NCBI GenBank assembly: GCA_011109175.1
Contig: RDEW01000006.1
Coordinates: 1,696,133-1,760,132 of the forward strand
DNA from: Dicyema japonicum
Lineage: Eukaryota; Animalia; Dicyemida
Length of the DNA: 64,000 nt
Direction of reading: 5' to 3'
The notes below the pieces were generated by a model, which saw only the letters and a list, made by a program, of their open reading frames with translations, was not told where the DNA came from and ran no database searches. Positions 12,329 through 22,834 of the stretch are shown one piece after another. Each line of letters begins with the position of its first letter. The stretch's first letter is position 1. The translations under genes and the position numbers were made by a program.

Positions 12329-15300
12329 TGTCGTTGTGTGTTGTTGTTTTTCGCATATTGTGATTATTTTCCTATTTTTGACTTTCTCTTATTGACTATT
12401 TCGCCTATTGAGACTATTCTCCTATTCTTGATTTTCGCCTATTGTTGATTCAGTGGAATGTTACTCGAAAAGTCATCGTCTAATTGCTCTGCCTGCAACA
12501 TGAGCAATTTGAGAAAGTTTGGAATTTCTTGTTCTGCCTGTGGAGTCTTCTTTCACCTCGGGTGTTTGAAGCTCTCTCAGGCCTCTATCCGTGCTCTTGG
12601 GGTATGGCACTGCCGCTCGTGCCTTGGAATTGGTTCGGGGTTTCCTAATGGTCACGCGAGTGCATGTACCTCCGGGGCAAACCTTTCCAATTTGGATCCA
12701 GATTCGCTGCTCAAAATTATCAATGAACGCCGGTCATCGAGGAGTATCCCGGTGAAGATCCCTAAAGCAGCCGCCCCCTAGCTGCCGAAGCCTTAACCAA
12801 AGCAATCGACGATGCACTCCGCTCCGACTCTATAAACGACTGGATACGTTTGTTTAATTTTGCTCCTTTCGCTCTTGGCTCCTCTAGAGATCGCAATGGG
12901 AAGGAGTCTCTCTCGATTGAGATGAAGAACAACATCCGCGCATTTATGGATGGAACTCACTTTACGGACCTCACGTCCTTCTGCATCCGTTCAACTGAGA
13001 CTCGGAGTTCAACTCGGGAAACGGAGATTCTTCGCCTAAGAAAGACCGTACGATCGAAGTTGCTTGAAGGAGGAACCCGATCCGCATTGAAGGCCCTCTC
13101 ACTCTCAGATGGACCACGCAATCCAACCATTGATACTTACAAGACGCTATTGGGGAAACATCCACCCTCTCCGAATGACCTACGCCATTGCTCGCCCCAT
13201 CAGAAGCGACCCCTTTGACCACGTCGCCTGAGGATGTCATCACGGCGTTATGGAACTTTGCACCAAGTAGCTGTGGAGGTCTCGATGGCTTAAGGCCCGG
13301 CCATCTTAAAGACCTTATTTCACCGACTATTGGAGACCAAGCAAGTCGTCTTTCATACTCACTCACTTCTCTTATGAACAGGATATTATCTGGACATTTG
13401 CCTGATTTGATACGTCATATCTTGTTTTCGGCTAGTCTGATTGCCGTCGACAAGAAGGGAGGTGGAATCCGCCCGATCGCGGTCGGATTCACTTTCAGAA
13501 GACTAGCAGCCAAGATTGCTTCCAGATTTTCTACGTCAATCTTGTCAAAATCCTTACTTCCCAGTCAAGTTGGAGTCGGAGTTCGTCTTGGATGTGAGGC
13601 AGCCGTTCACTCCGTCAGAAGATTCAGGAACAGCAGCATTCAAGACTTTAAAAGGCACATTATGGTAAAACTGGACATCAAGAACGCTTTTAACAGCTTA
13701 AGAAGAGACTGCATTCTGGAGGCCTGCAAGGAAAGATGTCCGTACATATTTGAACTGGTCAATTATTCATACGGAAAACCTTCATCACTATTGCACGGGG
13801 ATTTCATAGTTCCATCGTCCTCAGGTGTTCAACAGGGCGACCCCTCGGACCACTGCTGTTCTCCCTCGGCATTGAGAGGATCACGAAGCTCTCTAGATGC
13901 CCACTCAACATCTGGTACCTCGATGACGCTGTCTTAGGAGGTCCCCCGGAAACGGTCTTCCAGGACTTAGAAGTACTCACCCCGCGCTGTCCGAGGTGGG
14001 TCTTCAGTTGAATATAACGAAATGTGAAATAACAAACTGTGGTCTTGCTGACGATGACTTCTCTTCAATTGTTCAAAAATTTTACTCCTTGTTTCCCGGT
14101 GGGATTTCGACCCCTGAAAATGAATTGATTTTTCTTGGATCCCCGATCACTAGTAATGCGATGAAGCATGTCCTCCTTGACAAAAAACGACTCCTATGCG
14201 ATTCGCTGGAAAGATTACAGCTGCTGGACTTGCACACAGCACTATTCCTATTGAAAAGAAGTCTCAACATCCAGAGAATCTCCTATCTACTAAGGACAGC
14301 TCCATATTATTCTCAACTGGAGCTGCTCGAGAATTTTGATTTGTCTCTCCTCAGCTCGACGGAGCAAATATTTAATGTCCGATTCGACGATGATACATGG
14401 ATGCAGGCTACACTCCCAGTTAGATTCGGGGGTCTTGGAATCCGTCGAACTTTGGACGTCTCACTTCCCGCTCATTTATCATCACTCACGGCCTGCGAAC
14501 CTTTGGTCAGGAGGATTCTACACTCCCCACCCGAATTCTCAACTGACCAAGAGATAATCCACGCACGAGAAGCCTGGAATGCCACCAACCTCCCCCTGCC
14601 TCCTTCCCAAGATCGCCAGCGAAACCTGGACAACTTATTATGCTGGAAATCATTTGGACTCCTACTGAATCTGCCAATCAGCACCGACGCGCTTGTTTGC
14701 TTTCGGGGGCTTCCCCTGAGAGCGGAGCTTGGCTAAACGCCATCCCCAATGGAGCTTTGGGCACTTTTCTGGATGATGAATGCGTTAGAACTGGTATCTC
14801 TCTGCGGCTGGGACTAAAAGTATGTGTACCTCACCCGTGCCGATGTGGCATCCTGATAGACTGCTATGGCCTGCACCCTCTCGCCTGCAGGAGGAGCGCT
14901 GGCAGATCCCCAAGGCACAAGGCTCTGAATGAAATTGTCAGGCGAGCTATGGATGCTGCTGGATACTCGGCCATTCTTGAACCGGTCGGGTTATGCAGAA
15001 GTGACGGGAAACGACCGGACGGGATGACCATATTTCCATTTGAGGCCGGGAAACCACTGGTTTGGGATGTGACATGTACAGACACGTTCGCCCAGAAAAA
15101 TCTTCACGAGAGTGCTACAAGGGCCTGTTCAGCATCCGTAAAGGCGGAGAAGGCCAAACTCGTTAAATACGCCGACCTTCCCGATGATGTCAAATTTGTT
15201 CCCCTTGCTATGGAGACTTCCGGATCCTACTCCCCCTCTACACTCGAGTTTTTCGGACGTCTTGGAAACCGGATCACCTCATGCACTGGAGATCTCCGCG

Positions 15301-15420
15301 AACGCCGCTGGCTATTTGAGCGAATTTCGCTCGCAATTTTGAGAGGGAACAGCCACGCGGTGAGAGCGGCAACTACCTGACTTCTATTGTTTAAATTAAC
15401 CTTAAAAATATAAAAAAAAT

Positions 15421-15446
<26 letters not shown>
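12329..15446 (+). mobile_element. full-length CRE-clade non-LTR retrotransposon: PHD finger - RT - restriction-like endonuclease
   Basis: ATG 12458; PHD CSAC..CSACGVFFHLGCL..WHCRSC; RT (GGIRPIAVG, KLDIKNAFNS, QQGDPLG, WYLDD); RLE (CRC..HPLAC..RH..LN, KRPDG, WDVT); stop 15380; poly(A) to 15446; TSD AGTTTCCGGT at 12319-12328 and 15447-15456; single ORF broken only by 1-nt indels. Confidence 0.92.
12371..12450 (+). repeat. degenerate ~17-bp tandem repeat (5 units) in the CRE 5' UTR
   Basis: C(C/T)TATT starts at 12371, 12388, 12404, 12421, 12438, each followed by GA(C/T)T(A/T)TT-like sequence. Confidence 0.75.
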
Positions 15447-15452
<6 letters not shown>

Positions 15453-15459
15453 CGGTACT

Positions 15460-15660
15460 TGTAATAAGATGACAGAATGGATGGGAATAGTAAAGTTTAA
15501 AAGTATGTTATCGAAAAATCAATTTTCTTGGAGGTTGACTCATTGTGTCCCAGCAAACTATGAATATTTAAAAATATTGTTTTTTGTTAAAATAATACTA
15601 GTTAGCTTCAACCTATGGATACTTGCATGATTAAAACTTTCAAGAAACATTTACCAAATA
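15460..15660 (+). mobile_element. pogo/Tigger transposase remnant (host site of the CRE insertion)
   Basis: KNIVF..NNTS.LQPMDTCMIKTFKK matches pogo NTTSxLQPMDQGIIK; related sequence also at ~16200-16380. Confidence 0.65.
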
Positions 15661-15954
15661 CAAGCTACTTTATTTGACAGACTTATTGGAAAAATAAAGT
15701 ACTTCATAACAGACAAATCTACATCGTCAATAATATTCATAAGAGAATGCAATCCCATAGATGGTTGTCTTTTCTTCAACGTACTCTCCGTCGTATTGTA
15801 TATGTAGGAAATCCCATGGGCTCCGATTATTTTAAAGTAGAAGAAACGATCATGCATAAATATCTTGAACGTATGAGTGAGGATAATCAATTTTTGTTAA
15901 TTCTTTACTCTGCAATGATCAGGCATTTATATTTTCTAAACTAATAAGAATCAA

Positions 15955-16185
15955 GTGTAATGTCGGGCATAAAGGCCTGATACTTTGGTTTGATGAGTAA
16001 CGCCGCCATTTGTGAAAATTTCACTGCAAAGGTGGATCGTCTATAAAGGACTCACACAAACAAAAAAGAAGTGAAGATCACTCATGAGTTTTCACTCTAC
16101 AATTAGATAACATGACTTTTCTTTACTTAAATAAAGTGTGTCCTGTCGGGGTTGAGATATAGGTAATATGGCTCTCGTAATGTGC
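15955..16185 (+). mobile_element. tRNA-derived SINE family copy (head-truncated)
   Basis: Matches body and tail of 38288-38595 (GACGCC/AACGCC..CACTGC..AAATAAAGTGTGTCCTG..GGCTCTCG). Confidence 0.7.
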
Positions 16186-16730
16186 AGTATGATTTTAATG
16201 AGAACAAAATATAAGAGATACTAAATCCAAAGTGTATTATCAGAACGGCATATAATCTTCCAAATTGTAAATTAGGAGTATCTGTCTGTTGGTGGCAGAA
16301 TGGATGAGATAGTTGAGTTATAAAGTATGTTATCGAAAAATCAGACAATTGATGATTACGATAATCACAGAAAGTTTCCTTAACTACCCATCATTTTCAG
16401 AAAAGTGCAAAGATTACTTTCAATTGACAAAAAGTCCATTAGTTCATTCTATTCTATATTTCTCCGAATTACCAGAAAAATTATTTTTCCAAGAATGATA
16501 CTTTGTATTTACAAGTATTGTTGTGATGATTTAGATATTAGAATAACATGATGTCAATTCAAAAACTAAAAGACATTGATGAATAGTTAAATCAGAAAAT
16601 AATGATTTTCTGAGATGACGTATGATATTTTTGTTGACGTTTAGTAAATTCAGTTATTTTACCATTTTAACAAAACTTGTTTAGTGAAGCCACATAAACT
16701 AAGATGAAAATTATTCAAAATTTTAGTTAA

Positions 16731-17505
16731 TTAATCTTTATTAAGATTTCGTCTTTCATATTTTCCTTTATAATTACGATATAAAGATCTTTTTCTAGCG
16801 TCTTTAAACCAATCATCAATTTGGAGACGAGTCAATTTAGTCTCCTCCATTAGCTGTAACTTTATCTCTGTAGACGGAAACGGATGCTAAACTGAGCCGC
16901 TAAATCTTACCTCAGCATTTTCAAGAAGCCATTTCATTAGTATATTGGTAACTTTTAATGAATATGGTCTTCTTTCTAAAAAATATTATAATTTTGACAA
17001 AACTTGGTATTGTCGGAGGTAGTTCAATTTCCTAATTTAATTTATCAAGTAACCTTGTTAAGGTCAGAGTTATCCGAATCTTTGGGCAATAATGAATTTA
17101 TCTAGGAATACTCAACTTAATTACTTTTGGCTTAATTTCCTCGATAATATGACTAAGACTGGACTGTTTGAATCTTTCAATAAAATAATTAAGCATCTTG
17201 AACTCAATTAGTTGGCACCACAGAGAGCTAATAGCTGAATTCATCTAAAATTTTAAACATGAGTTACAAGGTCGTCAATTTCAGGTTTACTCTCTTTGAC
17301 ATTCTCTAAGCTATCGAAGAATAAATTTAATAAATCCGAAAAATCGTCGACATTAAAATTTCCTAAAGTTATCGTATTTATTTTTCGTGCATTTTGCTGA
17401 GAACGTCGAATAAAAAGTGACTAATAAACATTAGACCATGCAAAACTCTTTAATCAGTTTTTTGATTTCTTTATTTTCATTTGTATCACGGTTCTGATCT
17501 TCCAT
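16731..17505 (-). CDS. divergent Meis/PKNOX-like TALE homeobox gene, copy A (7 exons)
   Basis: Spliced: KKLIKD|HFLFDVLSKMHEK..SKPEIDDL|MNSAISSLWCQLIEF (MEINOX: YG|HPLFPLLALIFEK..PELDNL|MIQAIQVLRFHLLEL) and RRPYSLKVTNILMKWLLENAE|HPFPSTEIKLQLMEETKLTRLQIDDWFKDARKR; introns 22-28 nt; one 1-nt deletion near 17360. Confidence 0.85.
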
Positions 17506-17629
17506 TATAATATTTATAGACAAATAACTCAAAATAGATATTTCAAATTATGCCCCTTTTTATATGAAGCGCGATTATTTTATACACACGATTATCTCAG
17601 AAAGTCAATGTACACACGCTTTATTAGAA

Positions 17630-17967
17630 TTTTTGAATTTTTCCGATTTCACCAAAAAGATTAGTCTCACACGACCTTCCAGGACGAAATCCCCATTGGT
17701 GTGGAGCAAAAAATTAGTTCCTTTAATATGCCAAGACATACTATTTAAGATAATCCTCTCGATATCTACGAAATAGAGCAGACTATTGGTCTATAGCTCA
17801 GAGGTTCCCTCTCAATATCCTTTGGGACCATCTTTACTATAGATCCCTTTCATAATGGTGGAATAAATTTAAGTTTCGCCTCTACAGTTTCTGTAGAACA
17901 TCAAACAATTCGTCCGGTCCCTCTTTGAACATCGTCCTGTCTCACACGCGTTCGCTCTGCATTCCCT
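17630..17967 (-). mobile_element. LINE RT fragment at the edge of the duplicated unit
   Basis: SYRPI...WGFRPGRSCETNL RT domain 1-2; homologous to 40643-40985. Confidence 0.7.
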
Positions 17968-18789
17968 GATTTCGAAATATGGCTAATTTGCGATGATTTA
18001 CTTTATTTTATTAAAAAATTAATTTTCATACGTTTCCAAGATAAAATTCTCACTTTCTATTTATATTTTAGTTACACGATTTTGTTTCTACGAGAACCAT
18101 CCGAAGACTCGAATAAAAATACTACACCGGTCCCCTCCTCCAATATACTAATCAGAATCCTCTCTTCCGACTGACATCCTGGTAAACCTGGCTCGTTTAA
18201 AATGTAAGCACCACGTATATAAAGTGGATGATTTAAAATATGTTCTCTGTTCCTTTGCAATTCTCCCAAAAAAGAGATACTCATTTTCATTAAACAAAAC
18301 TCTCCATTCTTCCTCCGCGTAAAAGTTAGATAAAAATATCTCTGCTAGTGTTCAAAACAGCGAATATTTGTTTGGATTTTTATAGATTCATGGATTCTAA
18401 GTTTGGTCGTGTCATCCTGAATACAAGCAGATTCTCGCGAATTCAGCCTTCATAGCTTTCAACATCCATATTACCAGAATATCCTTTGCTACTATTTTAG
18501 CAGCTGGAATAATGGCTGTTGGGTATCACTTGGTGCAATAACTGTCCAATATTTCCTCTCTCTTAAAAATTGAAATAAAAAATTGAGGATAATAAATTTG
18601 GCACAGTTTTATCAAAAAACGTAAAAACGATGAGAAAAATAACATTAACTAAGAATACCGAGTCTTTATGGTTTTTTAGTATGAAATTTGTTCCATTTTA
18701 TCAAAAAACATAGTATTTTCTAGAATCTCTATTAATAATTTTTGTCATCTAATTATTATTATCATCGACACTGCAGAGATAACATACAA

Positions 18790-19195
18790 AACAAAGTCGA
18801 TTAAGATTCCCCTGTGCCGCGCAAACTTTCTGTCAGTCGGAAATGTGGCGGGTAGAAAGCTCAATTAGAAAGTAAGGATATACAAATGCATTATCGAACC
18901 CATCCTAATTTATAATTGGGGGACATTGATAGTTTTACCGCGTCATGCTCCGGAAGGCACTCATGATACACTATGAGGTCACTAACGAAAATTATACAAT
19001 TATGTGATACAATTATGTGATCTACGAAAATTATACAATTATGAGACTCTCACATTTGAGGATGCACTTGGGAGTACCAGCAAATCGTGTGATGGAAGAA
19101 TATTTAATAAAACAAGGAAGATTATTCCTAGGAGGGTCCCAAGACAACTCTACCTTCCGTGACTTAAAAAAATCTGACCTTAATTGACTTTTTGT
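18790..19195 (+). mobile_element. RTE fragments (minus-strand tail ~18790-18850, plus-strand C-terminus ~18860-19195)
   Basis: VRIYKCIIEPILIYNWGTL, PANRVMEEY; tail GACCTTAATTGACTTTT shared with 31020, 33775, 55035. Confidence 0.7.
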
Positions 19196-20140
19196 TTTTT
19201 GTGTTCTTGGAACTGATAATAATGTTGAATGGTCTATTTTTAAAAGGGGTAACGGTTGCTGGCTTGACACGTGATTCAATTCGACAAAATTCTAATATGA
19301 TAGCACAAGAAGGGGGTCAACCGCAAGACCCAAAGGAGCAACCTTAAGAGACAATCATAGCCGATGTTCAGGGTTATTTTCTCCCAGATCTATGGAAGAC
19401 TTTTAAGGATCCCAAAAAATGGACGTGCGTACAACGACAAGTTTGCTTTGTCAGGTTTCAGTTACTTACTTCATTCACCTCAAACAGGGTTCGACATCGT
19501 GTTTTACGGACGGAGAGCGACTTGAGAGACCTGCCTCGAACTAACTGCTTAATTCTTCCAATCAGGCTTCCTATTTCTTACTTTGTGAATGAAAAGCCTT
19601 TCACGGAATTTTTTTTAGTCCCAATATCCTTAGTATCCGTTACTTTACGCGTTTCGCTGGAGAGTGTTTGAAAACGAGCAAGTACTATTGTATTCTATGA
19701 AATTTACTATTTTGTAAATTAATTATTTTGAATTTCAAACACACAGGAATTGATTTACTAGTTCTTTCAATTTTAGACCGAAAAGAACTTTAACTAGAGT
19801 TCTGTGTTATCTGACAATTCATATCTTAAGAATTTAAAGTTTCAACGTCTCCAGACACCATCGCCTCGTTCATCCTCACGGTAAGGAAGACGTAAACTTT
19901 CATATATCATGAAGCTAAGTAGTCATTTTTAGATCTATGTCAATTTGAGAAAATCAAATTACCATTTAATATAACCTCCTTAGTGATTTTCTATCTGTTT
20001 GGCCGCGAGTAGTTTACTCTTAGAAGAATCACACCAAATTTTATCCTTGAGAGTGTTTAAACAATAATTTTACTGATTAATTGTTGGGGTGGTTGTCCCG
20101 CAGAGCAATCCTTGTGTAGTATGGCACATAGTGTCTTTAT
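19155..20140. repeat. ~1-kb dispersed direct repeat, copy 1
   Basis: Aligns at high identity with 33770-34765 from CTGACCTTAATTGACTTTTTG to ATGGCACATAGTGT. Confidence 0.9.
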
Positions 20141-20554
20141 GTCCTATGTAAACTTTTTCCTTTTTTGGAATCAAAAGACTTTAGATACCGAACCTTCACA
20201 TACAAGGAAGCATCGGATGCAACATAGCTTTTTAGAATCCATGGAGTTTTTTGTTTTATTAGATAAATTACCCTTTATGACGACGAAAAGTTTATTTGGT
20301 TTTTCGGCGTGGATTAGAGTTTGCATTTGAGTGTTGATGCTTTATTATGTACTGTATTGATACAAACATCGGAAACCGATTAATCGTAAGCATTAAAATA
20401 TCAACAAAAAATATAGAATCATATAGGCCAATTTTATCAACGAAGCCGATTTTTGAATTACATATTTTTTAATTATGATATGTGACCGCATATAATGGAC
20501 AGCATCAAAATGTCATTTAAATTAATTACGTCCATATAAAATGTATCTTAATTT

Positions 20555-21133
20555 TTTAATTTAAACAATAGAAGTCAGGTAGTTTGCCGCTCTCACCGCG
20601 TGGCTGTTCCCTCTCAAAATTGCGAGCGAAATTCGCTCAAATAGCCAGCGGCGTTCGCGGAGATCTCCAGTGCATGAGGTGATCCGGTTTCCAAGACGTC
20701 CGAAAAACTCGAGTGTAGAGGGGGAGTAGGATCCGGAAGTCTCCATAGCAAGGGGAACCAAATTTGACATCATCGGGAAGGTCGGCGTATTTAACGAGTT
20801 TGGCCTTCTCCGCCTTACGGATGCTGAACAGGCCCTTGTAGCACTCTCGTGAAGATTTTTCTGGGCGAACGTGTCTGTACATGTCACATCCCAAACCAGT
20901 GGTTTCCCGGCCTCAAATGGAAATATGGTCATCCCGTCCGGTCGTTTCCCGAGTTTTTCGGACGTCTTGGAAACCGGATCACCTCAATGCACTGGAGATC
21001 TCCGCGAACGCCGCTGGCTATTTGAGCGAATTTCGCTCGCATTTTGAGAGGGAACAGCCACGCGGTGAGAGCGGCAACTACCTGACTTCTATTGTTTAAA
21101 TTAACCTTAAAAATATAAAAAAAAAAAAAAAAA
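20555..21133. mobile_element. fold-back (inverted) duplicate of the CRE 3' end
   Basis: 20555-20950 is the reverse complement of ~15005-15400; 20951-21133 repeats ~15245-15420 forward with poly(A). Confidence 0.9.
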
Positions 21134-21209
21134 GTTTCTATATTTTTAATCCCATTTAAACCTATTTTTAACCCCAACCTAACCTCATTTTTGAAATTAT
21201 TGATTAATT

Positions 21210-21443
21210 ATCATAACCCACTTTATTTAACAAACAATAAAAAAGTTAATATTTAATAATCAACAACCTTCCTCGCCTGCCTGTTCGCCAGCCTCCTCAG
21301 GCAGGTTCGATTCTGGTTGCTGAAACAACTCCGAAAGCGCCTTATCTAATTGAACTCTCTGCCCATATGGCATCTCAGGGCTCTGCCTCCTATACTCCAG
21401 TGTCAGGCTCTCTAGGGTTCGCTTTAACTCAGTAGACTGTAAA
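21210..21443 (-). mobile_element. R4/Dong-type retroelement 3' end, 5'-truncated
   Basis: Near-identical reverse complement of ~24750-24985 (LKRTLESLTLEYRRQSPEMPYG..EQAGEEGC* and 3' UTR). Confidence 0.9.
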
Positions 21444-21519
21444 TTAATTATCATATTGTTTATTATATTTAGAAGTTCACCATTTAAAATAATCATTTTT
21501 AATTTTTTTTTTAAATACA

Positions 21520-21660
21520 AAAAATTTTTTAACAATTAAACAAATGTCAGTTGAGGAAGCCGGCTGCGTGAATTGCGAACGAGTTCCCTCGGAGTATGGC
21601 TATTTCAATCTTTTGTCTTAGCCATAACCCTCTCGTTGATCCTTTTTCTTTCTGGCAAGC
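21520..21660 (-). mobile_element. CRE-clade 3' fragment of a third subfamily
   Basis: Minus strand LARKKKDQREGLWLRQKIEIAILRGNSFAIHAAGFLN* then A/T tail; same RGN C-terminal motif as the other CRE copies. Confidence 0.7.
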
Positions 21661-21744
21661 AACCATTTTTAATTGTAAAAAAACTAATAAATTTTAATTG
21701 TAAACTTTTAAAATTTGAGATATAAACATCCTAACGCAATTTTG

Positions 21745-21965
21745 AAATACAACCCTAACCAAACCCTAATTGTCGAAAGCCAATTTGATACTGTTTCCTA
21801 TGCGGCTTTCGGCCTCGGTGTATTTGACTAGGATTCTTGATTGTTCAAAAATATGTAAATTTTTACACAAATTCGAAATACAACCCTAACCAAACACTAA
21901 TTGTCGAAAGCCAATTTGATACTGTTTCCTATTCGGCCGCGGTGTAATTGACTCAGATTTTTGGA
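21745..21965. repeat. two-copy ~130-bp tandem repeat containing AACCCTAACC
   Basis: GAAATACAACCCTAACCAAAC(C/A)CTAATTGTCGAAAGCCAATTTGATACTGTTTCCTAT at ~21745 and ~21876. Confidence 0.85.
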
Positions 21966-22149
21966 TATATAAGATCGTTAATATTTTTTATTACAATTTC
22001 TAGTCTTAAGAGCAACTCCAAATAACATTTTATTTAAACTTAATTATCAAACCCCGTGTACGAAATAATAAAAAAATAAAAAGTGTCTACTATTTATTTT
22101 AAAATTTTAACAAGTCTCGAGATATTTACATTTTTGATTACATTTTTTT

Positions 22150-22760
22150 CCATATCTTCATAATTATGTACTTTTTTGATGAATCACTGTTTGACACATT
22201 TCCATCATGTCTAATAATCACTTGATCTCCCACGTTTATATTGTCCTCATCATATCGCCATTTTCTTTTTTCTTCATTTCCTCGCCTGCATTTTAAAGAT
22301 TTTCCAGAATCTTCACATTCTGTGGTTCATCTTCCGAACTTTCATTGTTTTCGTAATTTATTTCTTCTTCTGGGTCGGTTCCGTCGAATGTCATTAATGC
22401 GTGTATTTCATTTTCGTTTGGTTTTTTAAACACATTTGTCTAAAACAAAGCGGATGTCTTCTCTCATTATGTTGTAGAAACTATTCCTCCACATACTACT
22501 AAGTCTATATAGGGCAAAATGGTTTTTATTATGTTCAGACTTCATAAAGCAGATACAATACCTCAATTATCGTTAATTTCAGTTCCTTATCTTCAACTGC
22601 AAATAACCGTTATTTTAGGTCATCCTTCAGTAAAAATGCTTTACCGTCTTCAAAAAAAATTTTTCGGTAGTTCTTTTCATCGAAATCGCTGTTTCCTGTT
22701 TAATGAAATTCAATTCCAACAAACTCGTCAGACACGTGTTATTAAAAAATAATTAAAAAT
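22150..22760 (-). mobile_element. internally deleted Ginger/KRBA2-like integrase transposon remnant
   Basis: H2C2 region IIE|SEHNKNHF..FYNIMREDIRFVLDKC with 22-nt intron 22540-22561; C-terminal NLKNAGEEMKKKRKWRY..VGDQVIIRHDG homologous to 46720-46820. Confidence 0.7.
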
Positions 22761-22834
22761 ATAAGATTATAATAAATTTTATATAAAAATATATTCTACA
22801 ATGGGATAATATTTGTTTTTATAATTTATTTTGC

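Larger units (their letters stand above)
15908..17967 (-). repeat. ~2.06-kb segmental duplication, copy A (inverted relative to 40643-42690)
   Basis: Reverse complement aligns continuously with 40643-42690: LINE RT fragment, Meis-like gene, pogo remnant, SINE. Confidence 0.92.

Noticed and set aside
12458-15380. Programmed frameshifting in the CRE ORF
   Set aside because: Shifts are 1-nt indels, mostly at homopolymers, and the same defects occur in GH27, SPAG1 and NR1F, pointing to assembly error
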